DNA of 60,541 nucleotides, filler included, from Perkinsus olseni (Eukaryota): NCBI GenBank assembly GCA_013115125.1. It is 4 parts of 4 records of this genome, joined end to end, with 100 filler letters (N's around TTAATTAATTAA, not from the genome) between each part and the next. Parts side by side here need not be neighbours in the genome. Positions count along the whole stretch, not along the records: positions 45,511 to 60,541 come from JABANN010000711.1; 3 more parts are not named here. One strand, 5' to 3'. Shown piece by piece: positions 48,701 to 60,541 of this stretch (position 1 is its first letter; each line of letters starts with the position of its first letter). The notes under the pieces were generated by a model. It saw only the letters and a program-made list of their open reading frames with translations, ran no database searches and was not told where the DNA came from. The position numbers and the translations under genes were made by a program.

Positions 48701-50899
48701 ACTCATATACACAGCGGCTTCGTACTCACCTCCGTCTTCGCTTCTTCAGCATTGGCATCATCATTAACATCGTGCTGCCCTTTTCTCTCTTCATGCTCAG
48801 TCGTATTCCTCCCCGTACCATCCACGTCCTTCCCAAGACCATCTTCATCGGATGCTCTATCACCATCGTGATAAGAACCCTTATCATCACGATCATGAGC
48901 TCTCCTCGACCGATTCTTCGATCCTGAGATGAAGGTACCTTATATACCGTGGAATCTCTCCCCGACCCACCTCTGCTGCTCCGCCTCACGTCCCTGCCTA
49001 CAGCAGATTCAGAAGAAGGGGACGACATTGGGTGTAGTACGAAACCACAAGAAGAGTGCAAAGCAGACTCCTGCGATGGTACATTGCGGGAGAATTGAGG
49101 TATTGGTAGCCGATAAACGCAAGCGTGGACGAGAGAAAAACAAATAACATAGTGACACTAGGGCGACTACTCTACATATGGTCATGTTTCAACCACAGTG
49201 ATGATGAAACTACTGGCCCCACAACGACCACCCTCAAAGGAGGTACCACCAGGTAGCGATATCCAGACACAGATCATAGAGCAAGGCTCGGTTCAACCTG
49301 AAGAGGGATAGGAGGTGGTCCATCGAGGATACGGGCACAACGCTAGTACTGACCAGAGCATTACGGCAATGAAGGCAATGGTAGTCTGGATGCTAGGGTT
49401 ATGTAGCCATTCTGACCACGTTGCTGTGCCTACTGTGGCAACAGTCATCAAGCGGGAACCGTCGTCATGCCCGTACACATCATAGTCTTCCGATGGTAGA
49501 GTGCCTTGGCTAACTCGTGATGACCATGCTTATCAGCCAAGGTGATGGCAGTGTGGCGTAGATTCCGACCACCCCCTAAGTACGGCGTAGGAGTCCACAC
49601 TGGCTTGCTGCTCCCGCTCTCACGCTGATTAAGATCAGCTCCACGGTCCACCAGACGTAGACAAGTCGAGAAGTGACCTCGCTTCGCGGCAACGTGTAGT
49701 GGAGTAACTACCGCAGGACTACCGCAGGACTACCGCTGTTCGGGTGAGAACACATCAGAACTGACACTACGATGAGTAGGAGGTGGCTGTGACGACAACA
49801 GTTGAGGGGCCTTCAGAGCGATCCAATCGATCGTATCTGAAGGGCATCTACTGCTGCCTCGACAGAAGATGAGCCTCTCACCGGGTATCGTATTCTCGAA
49901 GGCCGCAAAGGTGTGTAGTATAGTTTCACCGCTACGTGGTGCAGTGTGCAGGGGATCAGCACCAAACGCAGTGAGGGAGTTGATGATCTGAGCACCCCTT
50001 CCGATAGAGTCAACAGCCATCCTTCCGTCCATTACTGCCATCGGTCCAGCGCCAGCACAATGGAGAGCGGATCGACCTCCAGCATCTTCAGCATCAACAT
50101 CAGCTCCAGCACGGAGTAGCATCTCACAGGACTTGTACAGCTGTGAGCGTACCGCTAAGTGAAGAGGAGTATGGCCCCCATCGGTACGCTGATGAGCATG
50201 AATAGCCCGACTGTACCGACGGTGAGGGCGGCGTACCTTTATATTAGGATCTGCCTTGGCCAGGAGGAGAGCTCTGACTAACACATCATCTTCCAGTTCT
50301 AACGCCGTGAAGAGGGGTAGATGATCAGCGGAAGGTTCTGATGCCTGATGAGCCATTCTTGGTTATGATGACGGGTAGACGATGGAGTAGTAGTAGTATG
50401 ACCTTGTTAGGGTCAGCCTTAGCATCCAGTAGCAGCTGTACGTTATAGAGTCTTCCACCTCGATGCAGATCTCCCAGACCGCCCCTACTGTTGCGGCCAT
50501 CCTTATTGACTACCCCACCCTCCTCAATAGCCAACTGCAGCAACGTACCTAGACGGCTAGTCGGAGATGAAGTCCAACTAAGATGCTATGCTCTACTCAG
50601 AGCTAGATGTCGAGGGTCATCACAACGGATGATAACACTAACCAGTGTGAGAACAACGTAATAGTGATGGTAATGGCGTCCTGCAGTACTCGTCTGTTGA
50701 GCACAGTTGATGCACATTCTCCGTAACAGTCGGATTGATAATTTAGCCCTTGTGAATCCCATCTGCGGCATTCCTCCTACCCAAGAATACTACGTCTCTT
50801 CCCTGCTGGCTCATCCGACCACGCATTAGGATTAGCTCCAGCTGCTAGTATAGCCCCCAACATATCACTCACTCTCCCTCTCGGCTCAGCCATCGTCAT
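45799..50899 (-). CDS. Large ankyrin-repeat membrane protein with uncharacterised C-terminal region, multi-exon; 3' end uncertain
   Basis: Ankyrin repeats GHTPLHLAVRSQLYKSCEMLLRAGADVDAEDAGGRSALHCA and TPLHVAAKRGH...LVDRGADLN. Hydrophobic segments at ~49040-49400. Plausible GT-AG introns link onward, e.g. 47158-47206 joins SGQ|LGSSQS. Confidence 0.55.
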
Positions 50900-51053
50900 C
50901 AGACTCCCTGAAAAGGCCCCTGCCAGTTCTGTTATCACTCTGTGCACAACTCTAATCAACCTCGAAGAAACGTGACGTAGAGGAAGAAAGCAAAGCTATA
51001 GTATATCGTTATTCCTGCTTGCATAGTATTTGTAATGGTAGTACTCATCATCA

Positions 51054-53693
51054 TCATTCTCTGATACAGTCCTGAGCCTTATGCCGCTTCCAGTCTAGCC
51101 TTTGGCATCTCTGGTCACAGTACCTAGTAATAATGATATGACGATCATTGTGAACCAGCGTAGGTCCCTACACTATCTTTTGGCATCTGGTGCACCTCAT
51201 GTTCGCTCCAATGCTACCACAATAACCACAATGCGTTGCGGCCGCCTCCACAGGATCCGCAATAGCATCATCATCAGCATCCGCTCCGTCCTCTTTATAA
51301 GCGGCATTGACGTATCTCTGCTGATAGTAGTCACTGTATTCATCATGGCCTTCATCCACCTCAACTGCACATAGCTGAGGGTCTGTACGTGAGAAGGCAT
51401 ATCTGGAATACAGCCACTGTACTACATCGTGGGAGCATACCACTCGTAATGACGATGCTCTCCTGGCAAACGACGCGAGCCATCGTGTGGCCCTCCGGAC
51501 TCCGGAAAGTCCGGCTTCCGGAATTCGGACACTTGTTCCAACATCATATACGATTCCTAGCAACCCGAACTATATTCTTCAGCTCAGATAACGATGAATC
51601 CTTTAGTGTAAGCTTGTTATCACTACCACTACCCGTTTGCTTTATCAGCATGAGCCAGTAGATTGCTGATGGATTGTTTGTCATCAACACTGAGAGGAAT
51701 GAAGCTAACTTCACCATAATCATCAATCAGCTCGCAAAGGGAACCTGAGTAAGCTCATCATGGAGTAGGAGGACTTATGGTGGCAGTAGTACGGACGAGC
51801 TTATCCTGCCGCTCTATCAGTTTGCTCTTCGGTCGGGTAAGGCCCCTCTTCTCATCTTCGAGGAATGTTGGTAGTAATGATGATATACCACTATAGCCAC
51901 CGCAGCAGAGGTATTGGTCTAATGTACGACTAAGAGCGACGGTGATGTAGAAAGGGACTATCACAGTGGCAGCCTGGATGACTACTACTTCAATTGGTTG
52001 CCAAACTGAGAGAGAGTATCGCATTTAGTGAGTACCTGGGGCACGAGAAGAGCGTGCTGAGTAGACTACTACTAGTCACTTCTTACGTTCAGGTGTGGGA
52101 GCTCGACATGTAACATCACAGCAAGGGATGATAGGGCGGCTGATATAAAGTTGTTACCTATACATACTACCGATGACGCAGACCGGTGAGGGGTAGACGA
52201 AACTAGAGCAGTAATGCACGGAGGAAGATCCCGGTCGGGACTTGCAAGGGCCTTTCGGATTTTAATGTTTTCTGACTGGCTTCGCGTTATTTCCGAGGTT
52301 GGAAGAAATTCCGTGAATCTCTTCTTGAAATTTTAACAGCCATGTTGTGGTTATTTCATGCAGGCAATGTGATCAATACTACCTCCTTCCGATGCTAAAA
52401 CTGAACAGTCAGTGAGGTTGAGAGCAGTAAGCCTCATGTCGAGCCCTCTTTTATCAGTGAGTAGTTGCACTAAGTGGGGCATCACAGTGAGGTGGGTATA
52501 CCTATTGCACTATCATCAGTGTCAATACCACGGCCACCAGGACTTACAGTTCTATCTGTCCTGGACAGTCGAACAGTATATAGTCATCAACAGGTAATGC
52601 TTCGATACGATCAACCAACCATGCCGAGTTTACTTCAAGGTCTTGCATAGCGAAGACCTGAGGACAGACTTCAACAGCTATCCCGAGTTTCCCAGTAACT
52701 TGACCCGAGCACGATAAGAATCGCGAATAGAGCATCCACCCTCTCCGAACATATTACCATAGCCCCATTCGGACCCAACTGATGTTCTTCTGCTATGTCA
52801 TCGACCTTCACAAGTTCTCTCACCTACTCATGGACGCCAATAGGCGGCAGTCAGCATCCCCCTCAATGAAGAGAGATATCAAGATCCTAGTGGTAGGCGA
52901 AGATGAGTTGCATAAAACGCACCACGCCAAAGCCGCAGGGTGCAGACTCGATAAAGGTCATTCTTCTAGTATTTCATGCCCACAAGTCGAGGCACGTAAT
53001 GCGTACCAACCAGAATCTCTCACTAAAGCCTAGGATGCGGAATCCTCAGCTGTCCTGTCCCACTTTACTCTCCGCCTACACCGTCGAAAGGAGCCGAGCG
53101 ATGACTGTACATTTTGGCCGAGCTCGCTAGCCGCAAATAAAGCAATGTGCAAGCGATCGGCGCCTTCCATGCCACTATCGGCCAACACTCCACCAACGTC
53201 ATTGCCTGGACAACTTCTTTCGACACGACTGCATCCCTTTACACTGGCCTCCACGCGCTTGGAAACTAGTCGCTGGCGTGAGCATGTCAAATACAAACCG
53301 TAATACTGAATTTCAGATGGTATCCCCCGTCCCACCAGTTACTACATCAACATCAAAATAAGTCGCTTCCGAATCATGTTCATCCTCATCATCGTTATCG
53401 TTATCCCCTTCCTGTAGTATTCTAGGGTTTATAGGTTCCTCGCTGGCCGGATCCAAATTCACTACGCTGCATTGTCGGCCAGCTGCTCTCAGGTAGGCTC
53501 GTAATGCTGAGTAACATCACCATCATTATAGTCATTACAGATATTACTACTCGCAGGTAGCTATCAACGTAAGTCGCCGACAACATGCTACTTTCGTCGC
53601 CCATGTACTACCTCGGCAATACGTGCTCTTCCCCGATCCAGGCGGTCCGATCACGAGCTGTCCAAAACGAGGAGTCTTCGGCTTAGATCTCAT
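51054..53693 (-). CDS. GPN2: GPN-loop GTPase 2 with C-terminal MYND zinc finger, multi-exon
   Basis: FGQLVIGPPGSGKSTYC; VVNLDPA; LGPNGAM; YILFDCPGQIEL|YTH; LHVELPHLN|VLTKCD; LCELIDDYGEVSFIPL...DKANG|YAFS; then CGYC..CTRC..YCDQRCQRLDWKRHKAQDC. Confidence 0.85.
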
Positions 53694-53891
53694 CGGCAAT
53701 GAGAGAGTCGGCTGGAGGTTTCATGTCATAGGGCATCACGGGTTCTGGTTCATCGTGCTTCGATCATCATGGCGCGCGCGAAAGTATCAGCGCATGTTGG
53801 ATGTGACGCGTACCAGAAAGTTGACCCGAGAGTTGTCCGTGTTTGTGTAAGTTCAGGATTGCGATTGGAGAATTTAAGTTGATTTTGGACT

Positions 53892-55557
53892 ATGTTACCC
53901 CAGCATACAGAGGGAGCTGAGGAGGCTGGCGATACTTCTACGGCGGAACATCAGCCATCAGAACCTACACCGGACGAGGAGGAGGATGGCCAGGGTGCTG
54001 TGGCCTCCTCGACGGGGGAACGCTGCAAACCCTTTCTTGGAGGATACCTCAATGAGACAACTGGTGAGAGTAAATGTGAGCAGTAATGTAGTGGTCATTG
54101 AAAATTGTAGGCGTAGAGTATCATCACGCTACATCGCAGACGGAACCCACACAGCCATCTCCGTCACAGCGCTCGACTAGGTATTATAGTACCACACGAT
54201 GCTATAACTCAAGCTATAACTGCCGATGTAGGTACCATCGAGATGCCCAGACATGCGTAGCTAGAACACGACATGTACAGACTACACGAGAACAGGGCAC
54301 CAGCATGGTACTAGTAGTAGCCTAGGCGGTTACTGGAATAATACTATTCATTTACTTCAGCCTCGGCATGATCTAGCTGAGATTACCAAAGATGGGGATA
54401 GGACGTTGGTTCCTCGACCTTACTTCAGTAGTGCTGACAGGGATGCCCTAGTGACCGAGAAGGCTATCATAATACAGTCTCATACCCGTGGGATGCTGGC
54501 TAGAGTAATAATGGAATGAATGTGAAGAAAAGGAGATGAGGTCTGTATAAGATACGCTGTCGGCATCTCCGAGCTGAGAGGGACAAGCTAGAGAGGCAAC
54601 GAAAACGTGAGGAGGAGGAAGCTAGAATAGAGGATGAGCTCATGCGGCGGCGTGAAGTCGAACGAAGGCTACATCCACGGTAATACTGCATGGTATCACC
54701 CTTACATCATCGTTACTGAAGTAGGACATACGATGACTTCATTACGTTATATAGTGAAGTAGAGGCGTGGCGACTGAACGAGACAAAACGTATTAAAGAA
54801 TGTGAGGATATGGGAAAGGAAGAGAAGCACGCAGCATTGAAGGAGGTAACTCATATCTGGAATGCCCGAGACAGGATGGTGGCGACAAGCAGTTACTGAG
54901 CAAGGAAGTGAAACTGTTACAGACTGTAGATAGGTTGAAGATACATGCTCGTAAATATAATAGGAACACTAAGATTAACAGTAAGCATCAGCCCTAGCAT
55001 TAAGACGGCATACACCCGTTATCTGTAGAGAAGTTGGAGGCCATGGCCAGACCAAAAGTGTGGACTCAAAGCGATGGCGATAGCACTATTGTACATACAC
55101 CCTCCACCACAAGAGCTAAGGAGTTCATGGATCTGTAGGCTCCATGCATGTATTGCTGCGGCGTACTGGTCATGGACAGGTATAGAGCGTTACGGCTTAC
55201 TACACTTACCACCAATGAACGATTGGACCTTCTATTACACGTCAAGTGGTAGGGTAGTGTGAATACATCTCACCCTATTATGCTGGTATTTTAGGGCTGT
55301 GATGGAGTTCCCCTGTAAACTGACTACCGACATAGCTGAGCTCCTGGACCGCGAAGCTGATCTGATTAATCGCGGTCGAGGAAGCAGTAGCATGAAAGGC
55401 CTACGGGAGAGTAGAGATACCTCGAGTATCTTACGCGTGATTCATTGCCTAATGTTCAGGGATAGCCAATCTTTTCTTCGACTTCATCAATACACCCGAG
55501 TTCAACCCTGAAGCGCTGCCGTTCCATAGAATGCCGAAGATTGACGCCAATGGATAG
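53892..55557 (+). CDS. IQUB: IQ and ubiquitin-like domain-containing protein (radial spoke, FAP253-like), multi-exon
   Basis: KPFLGGYLNETTG|VEYHHATSQT; YHRDAQT; PRPYFS; IQ motif IIIQSHTRGMLAR; RRLHPR|TYDDF..LYSEVEAWR; ERLDLLLHVK; LLDREADLINRG; FINTPEFNPEA. Confidence 0.88.
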
Positions 55558-55840
55558 CCACTATGCTCATGTTGTAGCATACTTGACTGTGCTGATGTTG
55601 TTACTGAGTCTATTGTGTTTGGTTGAAAGCATTGATCTGATATAACACAATCCCATTGTTAAGATATTCAACTTGGACACATACACATATAAACATGATA
55701 GATAAGGATAGATAATGTGATCCGACATCTGGATGACGCAGGAGGATAGGTCAGAAGGGATAGACGATGACGAGTAGGTTAGTATCGCTAAGCATTCTTC
55801 CTATAAACTCGAGGATAGGAACAACAGCTCGCTAAGACGG

Positions 55841-58138
55841 TTACTTATCATAACCATCAACATGGACGTTGATCATAGCTCTGCCGCTGGGGTCATCATG
55901 TTCTATGAATGATTCGTCCCATTTCATGGCAGCTTCTGTAGAGCAGGCAATAGACGGTCCGTACGGTACCGTCTTCACCGCGCTTTCTTCCGGGAAATAC
56001 TTTTCAAAAATCTGTCGATAGAGGTAGGCTTCCTTGGTTTTGGGCGGAGACCTTGGATATCGGAACCTGAAGTCACACCGATACCCAATTGTATACCCAA
56101 GGACCTCACTCGGCAGTTTCCATCATCTCATCGCTTATCTTTTCATCAGCGTAATCACGCAACTTATCAATCCATCCGTACCCAACACCATCCGAAAACT
56201 GCTCCTTTTGTCTCCAGAGAACGGTATCGGGAAGATAGGGATCATCGGGGTGATCAAAGGCGGCTCTAAGATAGTCTTCATTCCCCGGCCTCATATAATA
56301 TTCCTACCTTAGTATGTGCTTCTCCATAGTGTTGCCATTACGGCCAACCATCTTGAGTTCGGGGTCTATGGTCATAGCTACTTCTAGGAAGTTACGATCG
56401 AGGAAAGGTACACGGGCCTCGACTCCGAAGGCAGCCATTGCCTTGTTAGCCTGATGCATGATGACTCTCAAAGCATTCTAATACTACTGTATGGTGTATA
56501 CCACCATCCTACTCTCAGACAGTCATACATGTGTAGCTTCTCTATCTTCCTCACACATTCTTCGTGAAATTCTTGAGCATTAGGAGCCTTATGGAAGTAG
56601 AGGTACCCACCGAAGACCTCATCAGCTCCCTCCCCAGAGAGGACCATCTTCACACCTGACATCGGGGAATGCGATGAGGAAGAAGCAGCAGTAGCTGTGA
56701 TACTGCTCACCCGTAGCCTTGATGAGACGAGTCATGAGGTACATGGGCGTGGAGGCTCTAATGGTGGTAACATCAAATGTCTCTAGATGATGTATTACAT
56801 CTTCCAATGCATTGATACCATCCTACGACGGAAAATCCTGGACCATATCGAGTGCATAATATGAGACACCTTACCTGTAGAGTGAAGGTAAACTCTCTAT
56901 GGAAGGTACCGAGGAAATCGGCAACCTCCCTAGCTGCCTTCAGATCAGGTGATCCAGCCAGCCCTACGCAATAGGACCTGCAATAGAAGGTAAAACAGTG
57001 TTAGTCAAAAGCGGCGTCTACCTCAGGCGGGCGAAAGGAGGTAGCGTCCCAGCTCTCCTAGCGCTGGAGGCCGACCGGACGCCCTCGCCAACAGTCATCT
57101 TGGCTCGATATCGTGCAGCAATGCTGGCGACCAGGCTTGAGTCTAGGCCACCGGACAGGAGAACTCCATATGGTACTTCAGCCATCATGTGGGACTCAAC
57201 AGCACTCTCAAGGGCTCTACGGAGGGCGACCAATGAAGGCTTGTAGGACGGAATAGGAAGGAGAGCCCAGGTGGGGTTGAACCACTTGGAGAACTTATCC
57301 GAACCTAGCCAAAGAGCATGCGGTCGAGCGATGGCGATTGTGGACTACCTTGGCGGGCTGAGTCGTAGTAATGACCGGGAGGGAATTGCTTGAAGAATGT
57401 ACATTGATCGGACAACGCCTTCATTTCACTGGCAAAGTAGACTGTTCCATCAGGACCCCATCCCACATACAAGGGTATTATACCAATCTGAATAACAGAA
57501 GTATACACGGCGTGGTCATAGGCATTAGCAGCCGTCGTTACATGGTCACGAGCCGCCACGTAACGCTCAGTCTTGGCATCATAGATGACGAAGGCGAACA
57601 TACCACGGAGTTTATTTAGGAGATCGCCCGGTTGATCTCCTCTGTCGTACCTAATTTCGACGACCTCCTAGTGTGCATGGCACCCAGCGCATCCGTATTA
57701 CATGTGTAGTATAACCTCGCAGTCACTATGACTGGTAAAGCGAAACCCGTGGTTACTCAGGTCAGTTCTCAGGGGTTCGTGGTTGTATATCTCACCATTG
57801 ACGGCCAATACCTACGGGCAGGGTGAGAAAGGCACAAGATACTCGTTGCTGACCGTAGTATGGTCCTTGTTGTAGAGCGGCTGAGCACCGGACTCAACAT
57901 CTACGATGGCCAATCTCTCATGTGCTATAAATACATCACCATGGCAATAGCAAGCACCCCAATCAGGTCCTCTATGTCGGATACGCCTGAAGGATGGTTG
58001 GGTATGATGCAAACTTATCAGACAATTCTCTTCGAGGAGTGGAGAGAACGGGAATCGCTACCTTGCCAGTTGAAGGCCTTTGGGTCTGAAATCTTCGGCA
58101 TCTTCCTTCAAGCCGAAGACTGCTAAAATTCCACACAT
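55841..58138 (-). CDS. ASNS: Asparagine synthetase (glutamine-hydrolysing), multi-exon
   Basis: [98 protein letters not shown]. Confidence 0.96.
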
Positions 58139-58821
58139 GTAAAAAGGAAAAGCTGAAGGATGAAGTTTGTATTCTTCCGGTGAGGAGGATGAGGAGATGC
58201 CTAGTGATGGACCGGTTTCTCGAAACGAGCTCCAATGATGAGTGGTGGTATACGCCACCATCACATCCGCATCTAAGATGTTATCTTGTGTTTCTCCTTG
58301 TGATGCTGTCAGCGTCGATTCTGCTTCGTGAGTGACTCGCGCACGCCTGGATGAAGTTCCGCCGGCTAAAGGCCCTCCTTTGGTACCACTGCTGTAATAC
58401 ATAATGATGAAGAAGCATGTCCCACTGAGCTCACTAGCGAGCGTGCTACTTATTTCGACTACCAATAGACGTCAACTTCCGTCGTCCCTCGGAGCTCTTT
58501 TTTCACATGGCCCGCTCTGACGTGCAGAATACTATCGCGAGAACAGTACAAGTGATTGATGATTGCTCCGCAGTAGCGGCAAAACAGGGTTGGCTTCTAT
58601 CACTAACAGCCTGTCGGTGACCCAAGCCAATATCTAGCCCACGGAATCATAGGCCGACGGACGTTGAGTCACATGCATATCACCTTAAAGGCCGGGTGTA
58701 GTCCACGACAATTATATCCCTCCCACTCAACGTACCATCTCTGACACAGTGAACGGGAGAACCGGCAGAGGCCAGCGTCTGAAGAGGGAAATTCAACTTG
58801 CGCGTTTTTCCGCTCTGTTCG

Positions 58822-60541
58822 ATGAGACTAGGTAATAGTCACTCTCCCTCTAGAGGGAGACAGTCCCAAAAGGACTCCAAACCAAGAGGAAAACGTGCCA
58901 TTGCACTAGAGATTGTGCCGCCGCCTATTTCGGGGCGAAGCCGGCAATCTCGTCCGAGCATGGTGGACCGCCTATGCGGGGGAATCCAACCAGGAGCTGA
59001 CGGAAATATGGTAGCAAACCTGCCATTTCCTGCTCAGGTGCAACAAGATAAGGCTCGTTCCGAGTCAGGGGACTTGGCCCCAAGAAACGGTGGAGATGTG
59101 GTACCTCCCGGTCCACTCCACTTTAATCTTGATCAGGAACCAGTGAACAACGGCGAACGCTCTCCAGCGCACAGCCTAGAGAACTGCTGGCAAGGTCCTA
59201 TCCCACCGGCTGTCTTCGGCTTAGGTTCTGAGATAGATTGGGCTGCAGAGGCCCCTTCCGAGAGCGGAGACTTGGACATGGAGCAGTTCGAGAAGGATCT
59301 TCTCGACTTTACTCCTCCTAGGCCTACACCAGCCGATCCGCTCCTTCGTGTTAGGAAACCCGTCAAGACTTGCCGCGGCGAAGGGCCCCAAGCCTTAGCG
59401 ATGCATGATGCTCGCAAGGCGAGGAAGGGCCCTGCTGCTGGCTCTCAGGTACGCCAAGCGTCGCAAGCCGTTCGAGACTCTCAGGTTCGCCGAGCAACTA
59501 TGGGCCAAGTCCTCCAAGATATGGATCTCGAGCCTACCTGCGACTTGGTCACTGAACCTTCTCCTCAAGGCCACTCTGAACATTTTCCTCAAGGGTCGTT
59601 TTCCCCGAAAGGGGTGCCCTCTGGGCCGGTACCCACGGCATTGGTGTCGATCATTGCGCTCTTGCGCACCCTGATTGGCACCATGTCGCTGGGAGCCCAA
59701 GGGCCGGCCATTATGGCCCTACTAGACTCCCTCGCGGAGCTGGTAGCGGCTGGCCAGACGGCTTCACCGCCAGCCCCCCTTTCGGGCTCGGTGAGTCGTG
59801 CCGCTGCGGCACCCCAGGTACCCCAGGTACCGCAGGTGTCTGCAGACGGCTTTACGACCGTCACGAGACGGCGCAGGGGTCGCAAGGCGCGGAATGCTGC
59901 TCCGCTCAGACCCGGCCCTCCGAGGCCATCTCAGGTACCCCAGGCGACTCGTCAGCCGCAGCCTGCCACCCAACAGCAGCAGCAGCAGCAGCAGCAACCC
60001 AGGCGTCAACCACCAGCCCCACGCCGCCAACCGCCGCGTCCTGGCCCACAACAGCAGCGTCCTCCCGCTCCCCGCCGCCAACAGGCCCCCACCATCGGCA
60101 ATCGCCGCAACCCTCATGTGGCAGCGGCGAAGAAGGCGGCGGCTGGCGGCGAGAAGCCTGTGGTTATCATCCGGCCCTCTGGCCCTAACCCGCCAGCTCC
60201 TCTCTCCAAGGAGGAGTTCAGTAAGCTCCGTGTCTCTGCTCTTCAGGCTCTACCCGACCATGTGACGATTACCGGGACATTTCCGGTTGGACGATCGTCC
60301 CTCGGTATGTCAGTGAAGGAGCGGGGTCACCTCCCTGCAGTACTAGCCAATCTTGGCTCCAAACTGCAGGGCTATGAGGTGGCCCCCAAGCAGAGCAGAT
60401 CTCCCCGAGTGATACTCTTCTCCCCAGCCCTATCCAAGGACGTCTCTGCAGCGGCCTTGGAACGGCAGTTGAAGGAGGAGAACGAGGGCCTTATCGGCCA
60501 AGGAGCCACAGGGCCCGCCGTGCAAAATCTGCACTGGCGCG
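58822..60541 (+). mobile_element. Gag-like ORF1 of a non-LTR retrotransposon (R1/LOA-like), truncated by window end
   Basis: Intronless frame open from ATG 58822 to the end (>=573 codons; missing from the ORF track). Contains DGFTTVTRRRRGRK, a Pro/Gln-rich region, KPVVIIRP and PRVILF...DVSAAALERQLKEEN, typical of the segment before CCHC knuckles. No knuckle or RT is visible. Confidence 0.6.

Overview
Eukaryotic, intron-rich genomic scaffold with four N-gaps. Short GT-AG introns, a dinoflagellate-type CCCH protein and flagellar genes suggest an alveolate, probably a Perkinsus-like organism (inference, not a database result). Manual splicing supports about 16 protein genes: soluble fumarate reductase, THUMP methyltransferase, ATP-grasp ligase, alpha/beta hydrolase, CCDC40, a JmjC protein, a PGM/PMM fragment, UBE2W, a CCCH protein, a TFIIIC-beta-like WD40 protein, an NXPE/PC-esterase-like protein, a DHHC palmitoyltransferase, an ankyrin-membrane protein, GPN2, IQUB and asparagine synthetase. 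A non-LTR retrotransposon ORF1 runs off the right edge, and there are several transposon-like repeat arrays. The main discovery is a 13-exon minus-strand gene (20483-27785). It splices in frame into one ~2156-aa protein joining a DIPP/Ddp1-type Nudix inositol-pyrophosphate hydrolase to an IP6K-type inositol-pyrophosphate kinase, a candidate bifunctional writer/eraser. A second in-frame fusion places a MYND zinc finger on the C-terminus of GPN2. All gene models are hand-derived and need transcript confirmation.
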